A stretch of DNA of 64,000 bases from Bacteroidota bacterium. Lineage in GTDB: Bacteria; Bacteroidota; Bacteroidia; Bacteroidales; UBA7960. A program made the translations under genes and the position numbers. The notes beneath the pieces were generated by a model that was not told the origin of the DNA, searched no databases, and saw only the letters and a list, made by a program, of their open reading frames with translations. This document shows, one piece after another, positions 28,118 through 38,275 of the stretch. Position 1 is the first letter of the stretch. Every line of letters starts with the position of its first letter. The stretch spans positions 75,302-139,301 of the forward strand of contig JBBISA010000002.1 of NCBI GenBank assembly GCA_037441525.1, in the 5' to 3' direction.

Positions 28118-30748
28118 ATGCAGCCACGTATCAGGAGCGAAAAATTCATCCAGGCTAAGATATTTTTTAGCTATACCCTATTGGTTATCATGCTGGCAGC
28201 TATTGTTTTCTTTGCCTTCACCAGCCTAAAACAATTAACTCATTCCACCGACCGCCTTGCGCAACCCAACCCCAGGGTTGATTTGCTTCACAAAATTGTA
28301 TATTCTATCTATCGGGCCGAAAGTAATATCCGCTCATATTCTTTAAACCAAAGAGATGAATTTCTTAATGCATATTTTAACGAACTTAATCGAATCAATC
28401 AAATGGTTGATTCGCTTCAATTACTTGCCGAGGGAGATACCATTATCCGGCAAACCATTGATTCCATAAATATTGAACTATTGGGCAAAACCCGACTTCT
28501 CGACCAATTTATTGTTCTGAAAAAGCTTGATGTTAATTCTGTGTTTTACCATCAGGCAATGGAAAATATACTTCAGGCCACCAATGGAGAAAGCCGTATC
28601 AGGGAAACTACCCACCAGACAATTGTAGATACTTTGCCTTCAACCCATCAAAACATAACACAGGAAGAAGTTGTGCGCGAAAAAAGCAACTTTTTCGACA
28701 AGCTAAAGACTTTTTTTACCGGTAAACGCAACGAGCGACCTGAAAATGCTCATCTGACTGTGCAAATGCCCGAAAAATTTTATCCGCCTGTTTCTGCCCG
28801 AACCGATTCAATCGTTACTGTATATCAGGATGCAGACGCATTGAGGCGCGAGATTGAAAATACTATGTCAACCTTGTTTCAAAAACTCTACTCGCGCCAG
28901 GAAAATCTGCGTAGAGCTGAAACCCGTATTTTGCTGGAAGACAAAAGAATAATGGACCGTATTTGGTCGCTGGTTATTTTTCTTGAAGAACATGAAAGGG
29001 AAAAAGCACTGTCGGAAGCAGCCATGGCTCACACCAATGTGGGCAACACTACTATTAAAATCATGTTGGTTTTACTGATATCAATTTTAATCCTGATATT
29101 TTTTTCCTGGCTCCTTTTCAACGATATCAATAAATCGCGTTATTACAGGCAGCAACTTATGGCCGAAAAAGCCAGAGCTGAAGAGTTGGTAAAGGTAAAA
29201 CAACGCTTTATGGCCAATATAAGCCATGAAATCCGTACACCACTAAATAGTATTGTCGGGTTTTCTGAGCAATTATTAAAGGGGGAACAAACCAGCAAAA
29301 CCGGAATTTTTGTCGATGCTATACATCAGTCATCCAAGCATTTACTCGAAATTGTAAATGATATTCTTGATTTTTCTAAAATGGAGGCCGGTAAGGTTTC
29401 TCTTGAGCTGGAACCCGTGAATATTGAACAAATAGCCAATGATGTATATGTTGCATTGGAAGGTATGGCACAGGCAAAGCAACTCGAGTTTGTTCTGGAT
29501 ACTGCATCCCTGAAAAACAAATGGGTATATGCTGATTCGGTCAGAATAAGGCAAATACTGTTTAATCTGGCTGGTAATGCAGTAAAATTTACCAATCAGG
29601 GATGGGTAAAATTGTCAGTATTAACTGTCAACGTGAGCAATATTGAAAACAGTGAAAATATTGTTAGGATTTCAGTTGAAGACACAGGCATTGGCATTGA
29701 ACCCTCACAGCAGGAAAAGATATTTGAAGAATTTTCGCAGGCTGATAGCCAATCAACACGTCAGTTTGGGGGTACCGGTTTAGGGCTTACCATTACCAGA
29801 AAACTTGTGGAAATGATGAATGGGCAGTTTTTTCTTGAAAGTATACCAGGTGAAGGGTCAGAATTCAGGATAGAAATACCTTTGCTGGTTGTCCAAGAAC
29901 CACACAATCCTGATGCAATCAAAGAAACGATTCTTCCCACCCATTTTTCGGCCAACATTCTTCTTGTTGACGATGACCGGCTCAACAGGCTTCTGATCAA
30001 TTCCATCTTTGAACCCTGGAAAGGCTTGAAGATAACCGAAGCAGAAGATCCGCAAAAAGCCCTGGAAATACTTGCACAAAATTCCTTTGATTTGATTATT
30101 ACTGATGTACAAATGCCAGGAATGACGGGCATGGAAATGGCTGTAAACATCAGAAATGCTTCAACAGAGAATAAAAGTGTCCCCATTATAGCCTGTACCG
30201 CAGATATTACTCCCGAAACGATTACCGCCATTCATGAAGCTGGCATAAATGATTATCTTCTAAAACCTTTTTCTGACGCCGATTTAAAAAGAAAGCTAAT
30301 GCATTGGCTGGACGAAAAATATCAGGCTGCCAAAAAGTCCAAAACAGATAATGAACAACCTGACCGGAAAGATGCCATGGAGCCAAAGGAAAAATTTGTT
30401 TATTCAATTGACGGACTCAGGAAGTTTACAGGCGACAACCCTGTTACCTTATCAACCATCCTTAAATCGTTTAGGGAAGATACTCTGAACAATGTAAAGC
30501 TATTGGAAGAGCACTTATTATCAGGTAACAGGAATGAGATTCATTTCGTTGTGCACAAAATGAGCCACATGTTTGAATTGCTTGATGTTGATTCTGCACG
30601 CGACGCTTTATCCAGACTTGGCAATAAAGGAGTAGCAAATCTTACTAATGATCAGCTAACCAATGATGTAAAACAACTTATTGAAATTTCATTCCGGCTG
30701 CTAACAGTACTTGACGAAGACTGGAAAATCGAACTAATAAACCACTGA
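28118..30748 (+). CDS. Hybrid sensor histidine kinase with extracytoplasmic CHASE3-like sensor, REC and Hpt domains
   Basis: Two transmembrane segments flank a ~270-aa sensor region. HisKA NISHEIRTPL, HATPase GTGLGLTITRKLVEMMNG, REC LIITDVQMPGMTG, and a C-terminal Hpt-like segment (IHFVVHKMSHMFELL). Confidence 0.88.
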   Translation: MQPRIRSEKFIQAKIFFSYTLLVIMLAAIVFFAFTSLKQLTHSTDRLAQPNPRVDLLHKIVYSIYRAESNIRSYSLNQRDEFLNAYFNELNRINQMVDSLQLLAEGDTIIRQTIDSINIELLGKTRLLDQFIVLKKLDVNSVFYHQAMENILQATNGESRIRETTHQTIVDTLPSTHQNITQEEVVREKSNFFDKLKTFFTGKRNERPENAHLTVQMPEKFYPPVSARTDSIVTVYQDADALRREIENTMSTLFQKLYSRQENLRRAETRILLEDKRIMDRIWSLVIFLEEHEREKALSEAAMAHTNVGNTTIKIMLVLLISILILIFFSWLLFNDINKSRYYRQQLMAEKARAEELVKVKQRFMANISHEIRTPLNSIVGFSEQLLKGEQTSKTGIFVDAIHQSSKHLLEIVNDILDFSKMEAGKVSLELEPVNIEQIANDVYVALEGMAQAKQLEFVLDTASLKNKWVYADSVRIRQILFNLAGNAVKFTNQGWVKLSVLTVNVSNIENSENIVRISVEDTGIGIEPSQQEKIFEEFSQADSQSTRQFGGTGLGLTITRKLVEMMNGQFFLESIPGEGSEFRIEIPLLVVQEPHNPDAIKETILPTHFSANILLVDDDRLNRLLINSIFEPWKGLKITEAEDPQKALEILAQNSFDLIITDVQMPGMTGMEMAVNIRNASTENKSVPIIACTADITPETITAIHEAGINDYLLKPFSDADLKRKLMHWLDEKYQAAKKSKTDNEQPDRKDAMEPKEKFVYSIDGLRKFTGDNPVTLSTILKSFREDTLNNVKLLEEHLLSGNRNEIHFVVHKMSHMFELLDVDSARDALSRLGNKGVANLTNDQLTNDVKQLIEISFRLLTVLDEDWKIELINH

Positions 30749-30757
30749 AAGTCGTCT

Positions 30758-32128
30758 TTAATCAAGCGGAATCCCGTAGGCTTTAAGTTTATTGTATAGT
30801 GTGCGACGGTCAATATCGAGCAGCATGGCAGCCTTGGTTTTATTGTATTTTACTTTTTCTAAGGTAGCAACAATGATATCCCTTTCGGTTTTTTCGGCCT
30901 GACTTTTCAGAAATTTTTCACCAGCAGCCATTTCACTATTAGTATCAGGAACTGAGCTCTGGATTACTTCAGCAGGCAACGATTTCACCTCAAGTTCATT
31001 CTCCCGTGAGAGTAAAACAGCCCTTTTAATTACATTTCTTATTTCCCTTATATTGCCAGGCCAGGGGTAGTTTTGAAAAATATCCATCAGATGTGCCGGT
31101 ATGGAATTTACTTGCCGGTTCAGTTCGCGGTTCGATGAATCCAGGAAATGATTCACAAACAAAGGAATATCTTCCTTTCTTGCACGCAGGGGAGGAACCT
31201 TAATGGTAAACTCGTTGAGCCGGTGAAAAAGGTCTTCTCTGAAGCCACCCTGTTTTACTTGCTCCAGCAGGTCTTCATTGGTTGCGGCAAGTATGCGCAC
31301 ATCAACCGGAATATCTTTATTGCTGCCAATTTTTTTTATATGTCGCTCCTGTATAGCACGCAACAATTTTACCTGTATATCGTAGGACAGGTTGCCAATT
31401 TCATCGAGAAACAAGGTGCCCTGGTTTGCTGCCTCAAACTGGCCGGTTTTATCCTGAATAGCACCTGTAAATGAACCCTTTAGGTGCCCAAAGAATTCAC
31501 TTCCGGCCAATTCGCGCGATAATGCCCCGCAATCAACTGCTACAAAAGGTTTGTTGAACCGGCTGCTTTTTTCATGAATTTTACGGGCTATATATTCTTT
31601 TCCCGTGCCGCTTTCTCCCTGAATAATAACTGATAAATTAGTGCCGGCAACCAAACCTATGTGCTCATGAATAATACGTGCTGCCTCGCTAACTCCTTCC
31701 AGATAATCTTTTTGCTGGGTGCCATGTTTTGCCGTTGTTCCTGATATTGCCGCAGACTTGTGCGTTTCGAGCTTTTCAAGCCCACTTTTTATATGTGCCA
31801 GCAAGTCGTCGGGAATTACTGGTTTTGATACATATTCGTAGGCGCCAAACTTTATAGCGTTTACTGCCATTCGTATGTCGGCGTAGGCTGTCATAATTAT
31901 CGACACCGAATGGGGAGATTTTTCTCTGGTAATTTTTAGCAATTCTATACCATCGTTGTCCGGTAGCCTGAAATCTGTAAGAATAACATCATACTTTCCG
32001 GTTTCAATCATTTCTATACCTTTTTTTCCATTGTGAGCAAGATGGGCATCAAACCCATTTCTTTGCAGAAAGGCCTGAAGAGTCAGGCAAAAGGTTATGT
32101 CATCGTCAATTATCAGAACTTTTTTCAT
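30758..32128 (-). CDS. Sigma-54-dependent response regulator (NtrC family: REC-AAA+-HTH)
   Basis: REC (VILTDFRLPDNDG), Walker A GESGTGKE, GAFTGA-like loop GSFTGA, and a C-terminal Fis-type HTH (KTKAAMLLDIDRRTLYNKLK). Confidence 0.92.
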   Translation of the reverse strand: MKKVLIIDDDITFCLTLQAFLQRNGFDAHLAHNGKKGIEMIETGKYDVILTDFRLPDNDGIELLKITREKSPHSVSIIMTAYADIRMAVNAIKFGAYEYVSKPVIPDDLLAHIKSGLEKLETHKSAAISGTTAKHGTQQKDYLEGVSEAARIIHEHIGLVAGTNLSVIIQGESGTGKEYIARKIHEKSSRFNKPFVAVDCGALSRELAGSEFFGHLKGSFTGAIQDKTGQFEAANQGTLFLDEIGNLSYDIQVKLLRAIQERHIKKIGSNKDIPVDVRILAATNEDLLEQVKQGGFREDLFHRLNEFTIKVPPLRARKEDIPLFVNHFLDSSNRELNRQVNSIPAHLMDIFQNYPWPGNIREIRNVIKRAVLLSRENELEVKSLPAEVIQSSVPDTNSEMAAGEKFLKSQAEKTERDIIVATLEKVKYNKTKAAMLLDIDRRTLYNKLKAYGIPLD

Positions 32129-32218
32129 ACTAACCTAAATGGTGCGGACAGATAATTTACAGATTAATGTACCGGATGGGTTATATACTCTCCGGATGCA
32201 AATATAGGCTATTCTGAA

Positions 32219-32250
32219 TAAAAAAAGCTGCCCCCGAAAGAGGGCAGCTT
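32219..32250 (-). terminator. Rho-independent terminator after the coiled-coil lipoprotein gene
   Basis: On the minus strand: AGCTGCCC-tctttcgg-GGGCAGCT followed by TTTTTTT. Confidence 0.65.
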
Positions 32251-32290
32251 CTTCTTACTAAACACAAAAGTCAAAGCATTGAAACAAAAC

Positions 32291-33175
32291 CTATTCGACA
32301 CTTACAATAAGATATCGGGTATTGCTCCAAAATTTTTCAGGGTTTTCAATTATAATAGTTGAAGATTCTTCATCAGCAGCCATCTCGAGCTTGTAGCTAT
32401 CTTGTGGGTGCAAACTAAGAAGGCTTGCTTTTTTTCCTGGAACGGTAAATTTGTTTGTTCTGGTTATATCAACCCTTGTAAAATAATCTTTGCTCGCGTT
32501 TGAATTAACAACAGTGGTTTTTCCAATACCCAGCAAACCGCCGGTGCGGTCAATTATTTGCTGGTCTCTCAACTGACGCTGTGTTCCGAATACATACCAT
32601 GCAGTGTTGAGTTGCTCAGTTTTCTGTTCAACCAGCATTTGGATGTCTGCATTTTCCTGTTCGAGTTTTTCGATGGATGCTGTAAGTTGTTCGTTCGAAA
32701 TATTGAGGCGATTCATATTGTCACGCAAAAGTGATATCTCGCTATTTCGTTGAGAAACTTCAGCGGTGAGACTGGCAACCAACTTTTCAAATTCTCCAAT
32801 TTTTACATTAGATTGGCGCAACTGCCTGTTCAGGCTGGCAATCCGTGCACGGTTGTCGTCCATGAGTTTGCTGATCACCTTCAGGTCATTTTCTATCTGA
32901 CTTTTAACATCCTGGTTCAGGTTTTCGCGGTCGCGGGTTTCCTCGGTAATAAGGTTCTGTCTTACTTTGATTTCGTTGAGATTGCTCTTTATCTGGGCCA
33001 TTGTTGCAAAGAATTCGTTGAGGCTTGATTCTTTATCAATGGTTTCCAATCGAAGGGTTTCATTTTCCTGTTCAAGCTGGGAAATTCGTTGTTGTTGTTC
33101 TTCCAACTTTCCCTGATTGCAGGAAATCATTATTAGTCCTGAAATTACGAATACTGAAATTTTTAAATACTTCAT
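32291..33175 (-). CDS. Coiled-coil lipoprotein, function unknown
   Basis: Lipobox LIMISC. About 170 aa of heptad-rich sequence high in Q, E and L, then a globular C-terminal domain. Confidence 0.55.
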   Translation of the reverse strand: MKYLKISVFVISGLIMISCNQGKLEEQQQRISQLEQENETLRLETIDKESSLNEFFATMAQIKSNLNEIKVRQNLITEETRDRENLNQDVKSQIENDLKVISKLMDDNRARIASLNRQLRQSNVKIGEFEKLVASLTAEVSQRNSEISLLRDNMNRLNISNEQLTASIEKLEQENADIQMLVEQKTEQLNTAWYVFGTQRQLRDQQIIDRTGGLLGIGKTTVVNSNASKDYFTRVDITRTNKFTVPGKKASLLSLHPQDSYKLEMAADEESSTIIIENPEKFWSNTRYLIVSVE

Positions 33176-33323
33176 TTTTTGAGAGATTTAATGTTTACGC
33201 CAATGTATTGTTAAAATATAATGCCACATTCATTGTAAAATACCTGCATGATAATTAAAGCCATAAAAATCAAATTATTATGAATTATTTCACCTGAAAA
33301 TTCCCGCCCCCATACATCTTTTT

Positions 33324-33353
33324 TTGTGAAATAATTTTCACAATTTGTACAAA
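33324..33353. promoter_or_regulatory. Candidate operator: TTGTGAAA-TAAT-TTTCACAA followed by TTTGTACAAA
   Basis: A palindrome with perfect 8-bp arms (33324-33343) is immediately followed by a perfect 10-bp palindrome (33344-33353). Both lie in the divergent intergenic region. Confidence 0.3.
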
Positions 33354-33670
33354 TCTTCAGTATGGGATTAAGGGTTTTATGGTTAAACACTTCATATTTT
33401 AACCGGTTTCATGCAGATGGTTTTACCCCTATAAAATCGGAGGAAACTGCTATTGCAATTCCTATGTGTTGAAATTAATTTTGATTTGGATATTTTTTCA
33501 TAGATGGTATGCTTTGATAGCCAGAGAAATATTCAATTATTTTTTTAGGTTTTATAACCTTCAACCTTCTACACCACTGGAATACATTGTTATTATAATT
33601 AACAAAAGGGAAGTTTAATCAATTTTAAACAACAGATGAAATTAAAAAACAAAGTATCTTTTTAGGGACG

Positions 33671-34165
33671 ATGGTTGTGTTTTTGTTCATGACCACGAGA
33701 GTACATTGCCAATCTGATTTCAAATTGCAGGGGCTTTTTCTTTACAATTTTACCAGGCTGGTGAGCTGGCCAGATGATTACCGGCATGGCGATTTTGTGA
33801 TTGCCGTATTTGGAAACTCACCGATTTCGAGAGAAATTGAGCAGATTGCTGTATTGCGCCGTGCCGGTAATCAACCCATTGTAAGCCAGTTGTTCAACAA
33901 TCTGGAGGAGATTTCCAAATGTCACATTCTTTATATTCCTGCCTCATAGAGCAGAAGAATAGAAGAGATTGTGGGTTTTTTAAAAACCAGGCAAATAAAT
34001 GCGCTGGTAGTATGCGACTCGCGAAATGCCACAAAAAATGGTGCTGTTATAAACTTTACTGTGATAGATAATGGCCAGAAGTATGAATAAAGCCAGAAAA
34101 ACGCTCGTGAAATGGGGCTTATTCCCGGAAGTGAGATTGTTCGGTTATCAATTTCGGTTGATTAG
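33671..34165 (+). pseudogene. YfiR/DUF4154-like periplasmic protein with two in-frame stops (TAG 33947, TAA 34088)
   Basis: Reading through both stops in the same frame gives ...CHILYIPAS*SRRIEEIVGFLKTRQINALVVCDSRNATKNGAVINFTVIDNGQKYE*SQKNAREMGLIPGSEIVRLSISVD. This is continuous DUF4154-like sequence up to the stop at 34163-34165. Confidence 0.6.
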
Positions 34166-34213
34166 CGGGAATTTAATGTGTTAAAGAAACATGAATCAAA
34201 TAAACACTAAAAA

Positions 34214-36288
34214 ATGCAAAAAATGAAAAAAATATATTTCTCTCTGTTTTTTCTTATGGTTTTGTCAATGCTCAACCTTTCTGCACAGAACCCTTAAAAT
34301 GTAAGGGAAATGTATAGAAGGCAACTAAAAGCCCTGCAATATGACCAGTTAATTGAACTTCCGCTCGATGACCTTATATACGTGGCAGAAAGCCTCAGAG
34401 TAAGCATCGACGATTTGCTCGAAGCGCCAACTACCGTGTCATCAAAAACTTCACTTACCACACTCGAATCTCCGGGAATAATATCGGTTTTGAATGAAAC
34501 AGATATAACACCAAGCGGTGCGCAGGACCTTGCCGGTCTTTTAAGAACCATTCCGGGTATTTATTTTGGTAACGATGTGGATGGGGTGAAAGGTATTATT
34601 GTGCGGGGAAACTGGGGGCACGAAGGGAAGGTGCTCTTCCTTATCGACGATATGGAGCTTAACGAAAATATGTATTCTGTTACCCAGTTGCTAAATCATA
34701 TTCCGGCAGCCCAGATCAGCCGTGTTGAAGTTATCCGGGGTCCTGGCTCGGCCCTTTATGGGGGTTATGCTGAACTTGGTGTTGTTAAAATTACCACGCA
34801 CAATGGCAAAGGTTTACAAGGTGCACAAATAACGGCAACAGCCGGAACCTTTGGTTCGGGTATCAATAGTAATGGCGTTTCGTTGCTGGCAGGTACAGCA
34901 AATAGAAACTCAACCTGGTCGGTAATGGGTAGCTGGAGTATGGCAGATGCCGCCAAGGGCGAAATAACCGATTTTGATGATGAGCCTTATAATCTGCAGG
35001 ATGGTTGGTTAAACTCAAAAAATCTTTTCCTGAATATGAAATACGCATGGAAAGGGTTGGAAACCCAACTATTGTTTGATGATTACAGCATAGCACCAAT
35101 TGGCTACGAATCTGTTTCTCCCAACCGGTTTCGCAGTTATTTATCGCAAATGCGTAAGTCATTCAAAGCAAGCGATAAGTTTATCCTTACACCTTCTGTA
35201 ACCTACAAAAGTCAGGTACCCTATTGGTTCGAAAATCCATCGGATGTAGATTACTGGTTTTATAAGAGGATAGCGCAACAATTAAACACCGTTGTAGATC
35301 TGATTTGGATTCCGAAAGATAAAATCCAGGTTATTTCAGGTGCAGGTTATCGCATTGACAGGGCCCGAATAACAAAACAAGAGCAGGAACTTGTGGGTGA
35401 AACTTTTTACAACAACTCCTACTCTTTAAATCATTCTACATTATTTGCTTATTCGCAGGTCAATTTCTCAGGTAAACTAGGAAATCTTTTGGCGGAATAA
35501 GGGCTGAAAATAATTCGGTTACAGGTTTCAATGCAGCCCCGCGAATTGGTTATACCGGAGTATGGCAAAATGTTAATGTTAAATACCTGTATAGCCATGC
35601 ATTTCGTTCGCCATCTATCGAAAATGTCAATATAAACCCCGATATTACCATCGAAAAAACCCTGGTGAATGAAATTGCATTCGGATACAAGTTTACCAGC
35701 CATCTTTATGGCACTGTCAATCTTTACGATATCCGCATCAAAGATCCCATAGTTTACAGGTACGATTATGAAAACGATGAAGAGCATTACTTCAATGATT
35801 CTAAAACAGGGTCATCGGGCCTGGAACTTGAATTAAAAACACTTTACAGAAGATGGACCGCAGCAGTATCGTATTCGTATTATAATGCAGCCCGTCATAA
35901 CGAAGCATCCATTTACCATGTTGTACTGCCTACAGGTCAGATATCATCGGTAATGAAAGGTGCTTCGGCACATATCGTCCATTTTACAGGCAATTATTCC
36001 ATAAACAACCGTTACTCTGTGAATTCAGCAATTACCTGGTACAGCAAGCGATACGGGTTTATCACTTTATTAAATGAACAGGTTGCAGCAAAACCCAATT
36101 GTGTTGCCGATGTTACTCTCAATGTGCAGGAATTCCTATTAGAGAACCTACATGCATCCATTTCGGTTCTCAATTTATTGAATGCATCCTATGGCTATGT
36201 TCAACCATTAGGAACCAATGGCTTTGCCGAAGCACCTATTCCGGGAAAACTTCTGGAACTGCTCATTAAAATTGGCTACCGGTTTTAA
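34214..36288 (+). pseudogene. TonB-dependent receptor disrupted by in-frame TAA (34295-34297) and a frameshift at the T4 run (35487-35490)
   Basis: The signal peptide MQKMKKIYFSLFFLMVLSMLNLSAQNP is followed by TAA and then, in frame, a plug domain (VIRGPGSALYGG). Frame 2 ends ...GKLGNLLAE*, while the -1 frame continues FGGIRAENNSVTGFNAAPRIGY...SHAFRSPSIENV into ORF 35665..36288, which ends with the barrel terminus IGYRF. Confidence 0.65.
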
Positions 36289-36367
36289 TCAGGATTGTAA
36301 TTCGGGGTTTATTTAAACATACCGTCTGCGGGCTTGTTATTGAGTTGTTATATCCTTTAGACAAACC

Positions 36368-36769
36368 ATGGACGGTATACTTGTTTTATTTGATGGTGTA
36401 TGTAACCTGTGCAATAGTTCTGTGATTTTTATCATTGAGAACGACCGGAAGAACCAGTTTCGTTTTGCGCCCCTTCAATCGCAAAAAGCCCGAGAAATAC
36501 TGGGAGTTCAATCTCCACCGGATGGGACTTATGAAACCATTATTTATATTGAAAATGGAAAGGTTTTTACCAAATCAACAGCCGTATTAAAGATTGCAAG
36601 GCATCTCCGCTTTCCATGGCTATTGGCCTGGGTATTTATGATAATACCTTCATTTATTCGCGACGGTTTGTATAAAATAGTCAGCCGAAATCGATACCGA
36701 TGGTTCGGAAAAAAGGACCAGTGTATGATACCAACACCGGATTTAAAGGAAAAGTTCCTGATGGATTAA
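36368..36769 (+). CDS. Thiol-disulfide oxidoreductase DCC family protein (DUF393)
   Basis: N-terminal LFDGVCNLCNSSV motif and size of 133 aa. Confidence 0.8.
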   Translation: MDGILVLFDGVCNLCNSSVIFIIENDRKNQFRFAPLQSQKAREILGVQSPPDGTYETIIYIENGKVFTKSTAVLKIARHLRFPWLLAWVFMIIPSFIRDGLYKIVSRNRYRWFGKKDQCMIPTPDLKEKFLMD

Positions 36770-36905
36770 AAGGAAATTCTATTCCCAGCAAGCCGTTTCA
36801 ATAGATTTTCAGGTTTTTAAACAAGCCTGTTTTGGCTGTGCTAATCTTAACATTTTCAGAAAAATAAGGTAATGGTGTTTCCGCCATTAATCAAATCCTT
36901 TTTCC

Positions 36906-36913
36906 TATATTTG
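36906..36913 (+). promoter_or_regulatory. Candidate -7 box TATATTTG upstream of rocD
   Basis: Matches TAnnTTTG 63 nt upstream of the ATG at 36976. No clear -33 element. Confidence 0.25.
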
Positions 36914-36975
36914 CCCCGGTTTTTCCAGTACAACAATAATCAATACATTACCAAAATCTTAATTAATAAAGGAGA

Positions 36976-38217
36976 ATGAATATGAGTACAGTAATGACTG
37001 AAAAGTTGACATCGCAAGAGTTAATGGACCTTGAAGATAAATACGGCGCACACAATTATCATCCGCTACCCGTGGTTTTGGCACGTGGCGAGGGTGTTTT
37101 CGTTTGGGATGTTGAAGGGAAAAGGTATTACGATTTTCTTTCAGCCTATTCAGCCGTTAACCAGGGGCATTGCCATCCAAAAATTGTTGATGCCCTTATT
37201 GAGCAGTCAAAAACCCTTGCCCTTACTTCACGCGCTTTTCATAACAACATTCTTGGCAGGTACGAGAAATTTGTAACAGAATATTTTGGTTTCGACAAAA
37301 TACTTCCCATGAATACTGGTGCCGAAGGTGTTGAAACTGCCATTAAACTTACCCGTAAGTGGGCATACAAAAAGAAGGGTATTCCTGAAAATATGGCTAA
37401 AATTGTTGTTTGCGAAAACAACTTCCATGGCAGAACCACCACCATTGTTTCTTTCTCAAACGATCCTGACGGTTATGGTGATTATGGTCCGTTTACTCCC
37501 GGATTTATCCGTATACCTTACGATGATGCTGATGCTCTTGCTGAAGCGCTTAAAGATCCGCATGTTGCAGGTTTTCTGGTTGAGCCCATTCAGGGTGAAG
37601 CCGGGGTATATGTGCCCAGTGACAGCTACCTGCCCAAATGCAAGGAACTTTGCGAAAAACACAATGTTCTCTTTATTGCTGATGAAGTGCAAACAGGTAT
37701 TGCCCGTACCGGCAGATTGCTGGCCTGCGACCATGTAAATGTTAAGCCCGATATACTTATCCTGGGCAAAGCCATCAGCGGAGGAATGTATCCAGTTTCA
37801 GCGGTTCTGGCCAACAATGATATTATGCTTGTAATTAAACCCGGCCAGCACGGTTCTACTTTTGGTGGAAACCCAGTTGCTGCAAGGGTTGCAGTTGCTT
37901 CTCTTGAAGTGATCAGGGATGAAAAATTAGCTGAAAGGGCCGAAAAGCTCGGTCAAGTCCTTCGCCAGCAACTTCGAAATATCAAATCTGAAATGATCTC
38001 TGTTGTCAGAGGTAAAGGATTGCTCAATGCCATTGTAATTAAACCCAAAAATGGAAAAGAAGCCTGGGATGTTTGCCTCAAAATGGCAGAAAACGGACTT
38101 CTGGCAAAACCCACTCATGGTGATATTATCCGTTTTGCTCCTCCCTTGGTAATTACTGAAGAGCAAATAATGGAATGTGTTGAAATAATCAGAAAATCAA
38201 TTGCAACCTTCGAATAA
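36976..38217 (+). CDS. rocD: Ornithine--oxo-acid aminotransferase
   Basis: Class III aminotransferase with ornithine aminotransferase-like motifs ([47 protein letters not shown]). Confidence 0.9.
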   Translation: MNMSTVMTEKLTSQELMDLEDKYGAHNYHPLPVVLARGEGVFVWDVEGKRYYDFLSAYSAVNQGHCHPKIVDALIEQSKTLALTSRAFHNNILGRYEKFVTEYFGFDKILPMNTGAEGVETAIKLTRKWAYKKKGIPENMAKIVVCENNFHGRTTTIVSFSNDPDGYGDYGPFTPGFIRIPYDDADALAEALKDPHVAGFLVEPIQGEAGVYVPSDSYLPKCKELCEKHNVLFIADEVQTGIARTGRLLACDHVNVKPDILILGKAISGGMYPVSAVLANNDIMLVIKPGQHGSTFGGNPVAARVAVASLEVIRDEKLAERAEKLGQVLRQQLRNIKSEMISVVRGKGLLNAIVIKPKNGKEAWDVCLKMAENGLLAKPTHGDIIRFAPPLVITEEQIMECVEIIRKSIATFE

Positions 38218-38241
38218 AGCTTAAAGTTGTTTTACTTATGG

Positions 38242-38275
38242 TCTGTCTCACTATTTCAGTGGGACAGATTTTTTA
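38242..38275 (+). terminator. Rho-independent terminator after rocD
   Basis: TCTGTCTCAC-tatttca-GTGGGACAGA, a 10-bp stem with one G-U pair, followed by TTTTTT. Confidence 0.65.

Noticed and set aside
32129-33670. A sigma-54 -24/-12 promoter (TGGCAC-N5-TTGC) near the NtrC-type activator.
   Set aside because: The TGGCA-like strings near 33200-33230 and 36820-36840 lack a GC at the -12 position with correct spacing. No convincing site was found by eye.
24931-34297. Stop-codon reassignment or programmed read-through (pyrrolysine at TAG, or TAA recoding) as the explanation for the four in-frame stops.
   Set aside because: Well-conserved genes across the window terminate normally at TAA, TAG and TGA at the expected lengths. 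I saw no pyl or sel machinery or shared sequence context around the stops. Two different stop codons are involved. Pseudogenisation or assembly error is simpler.
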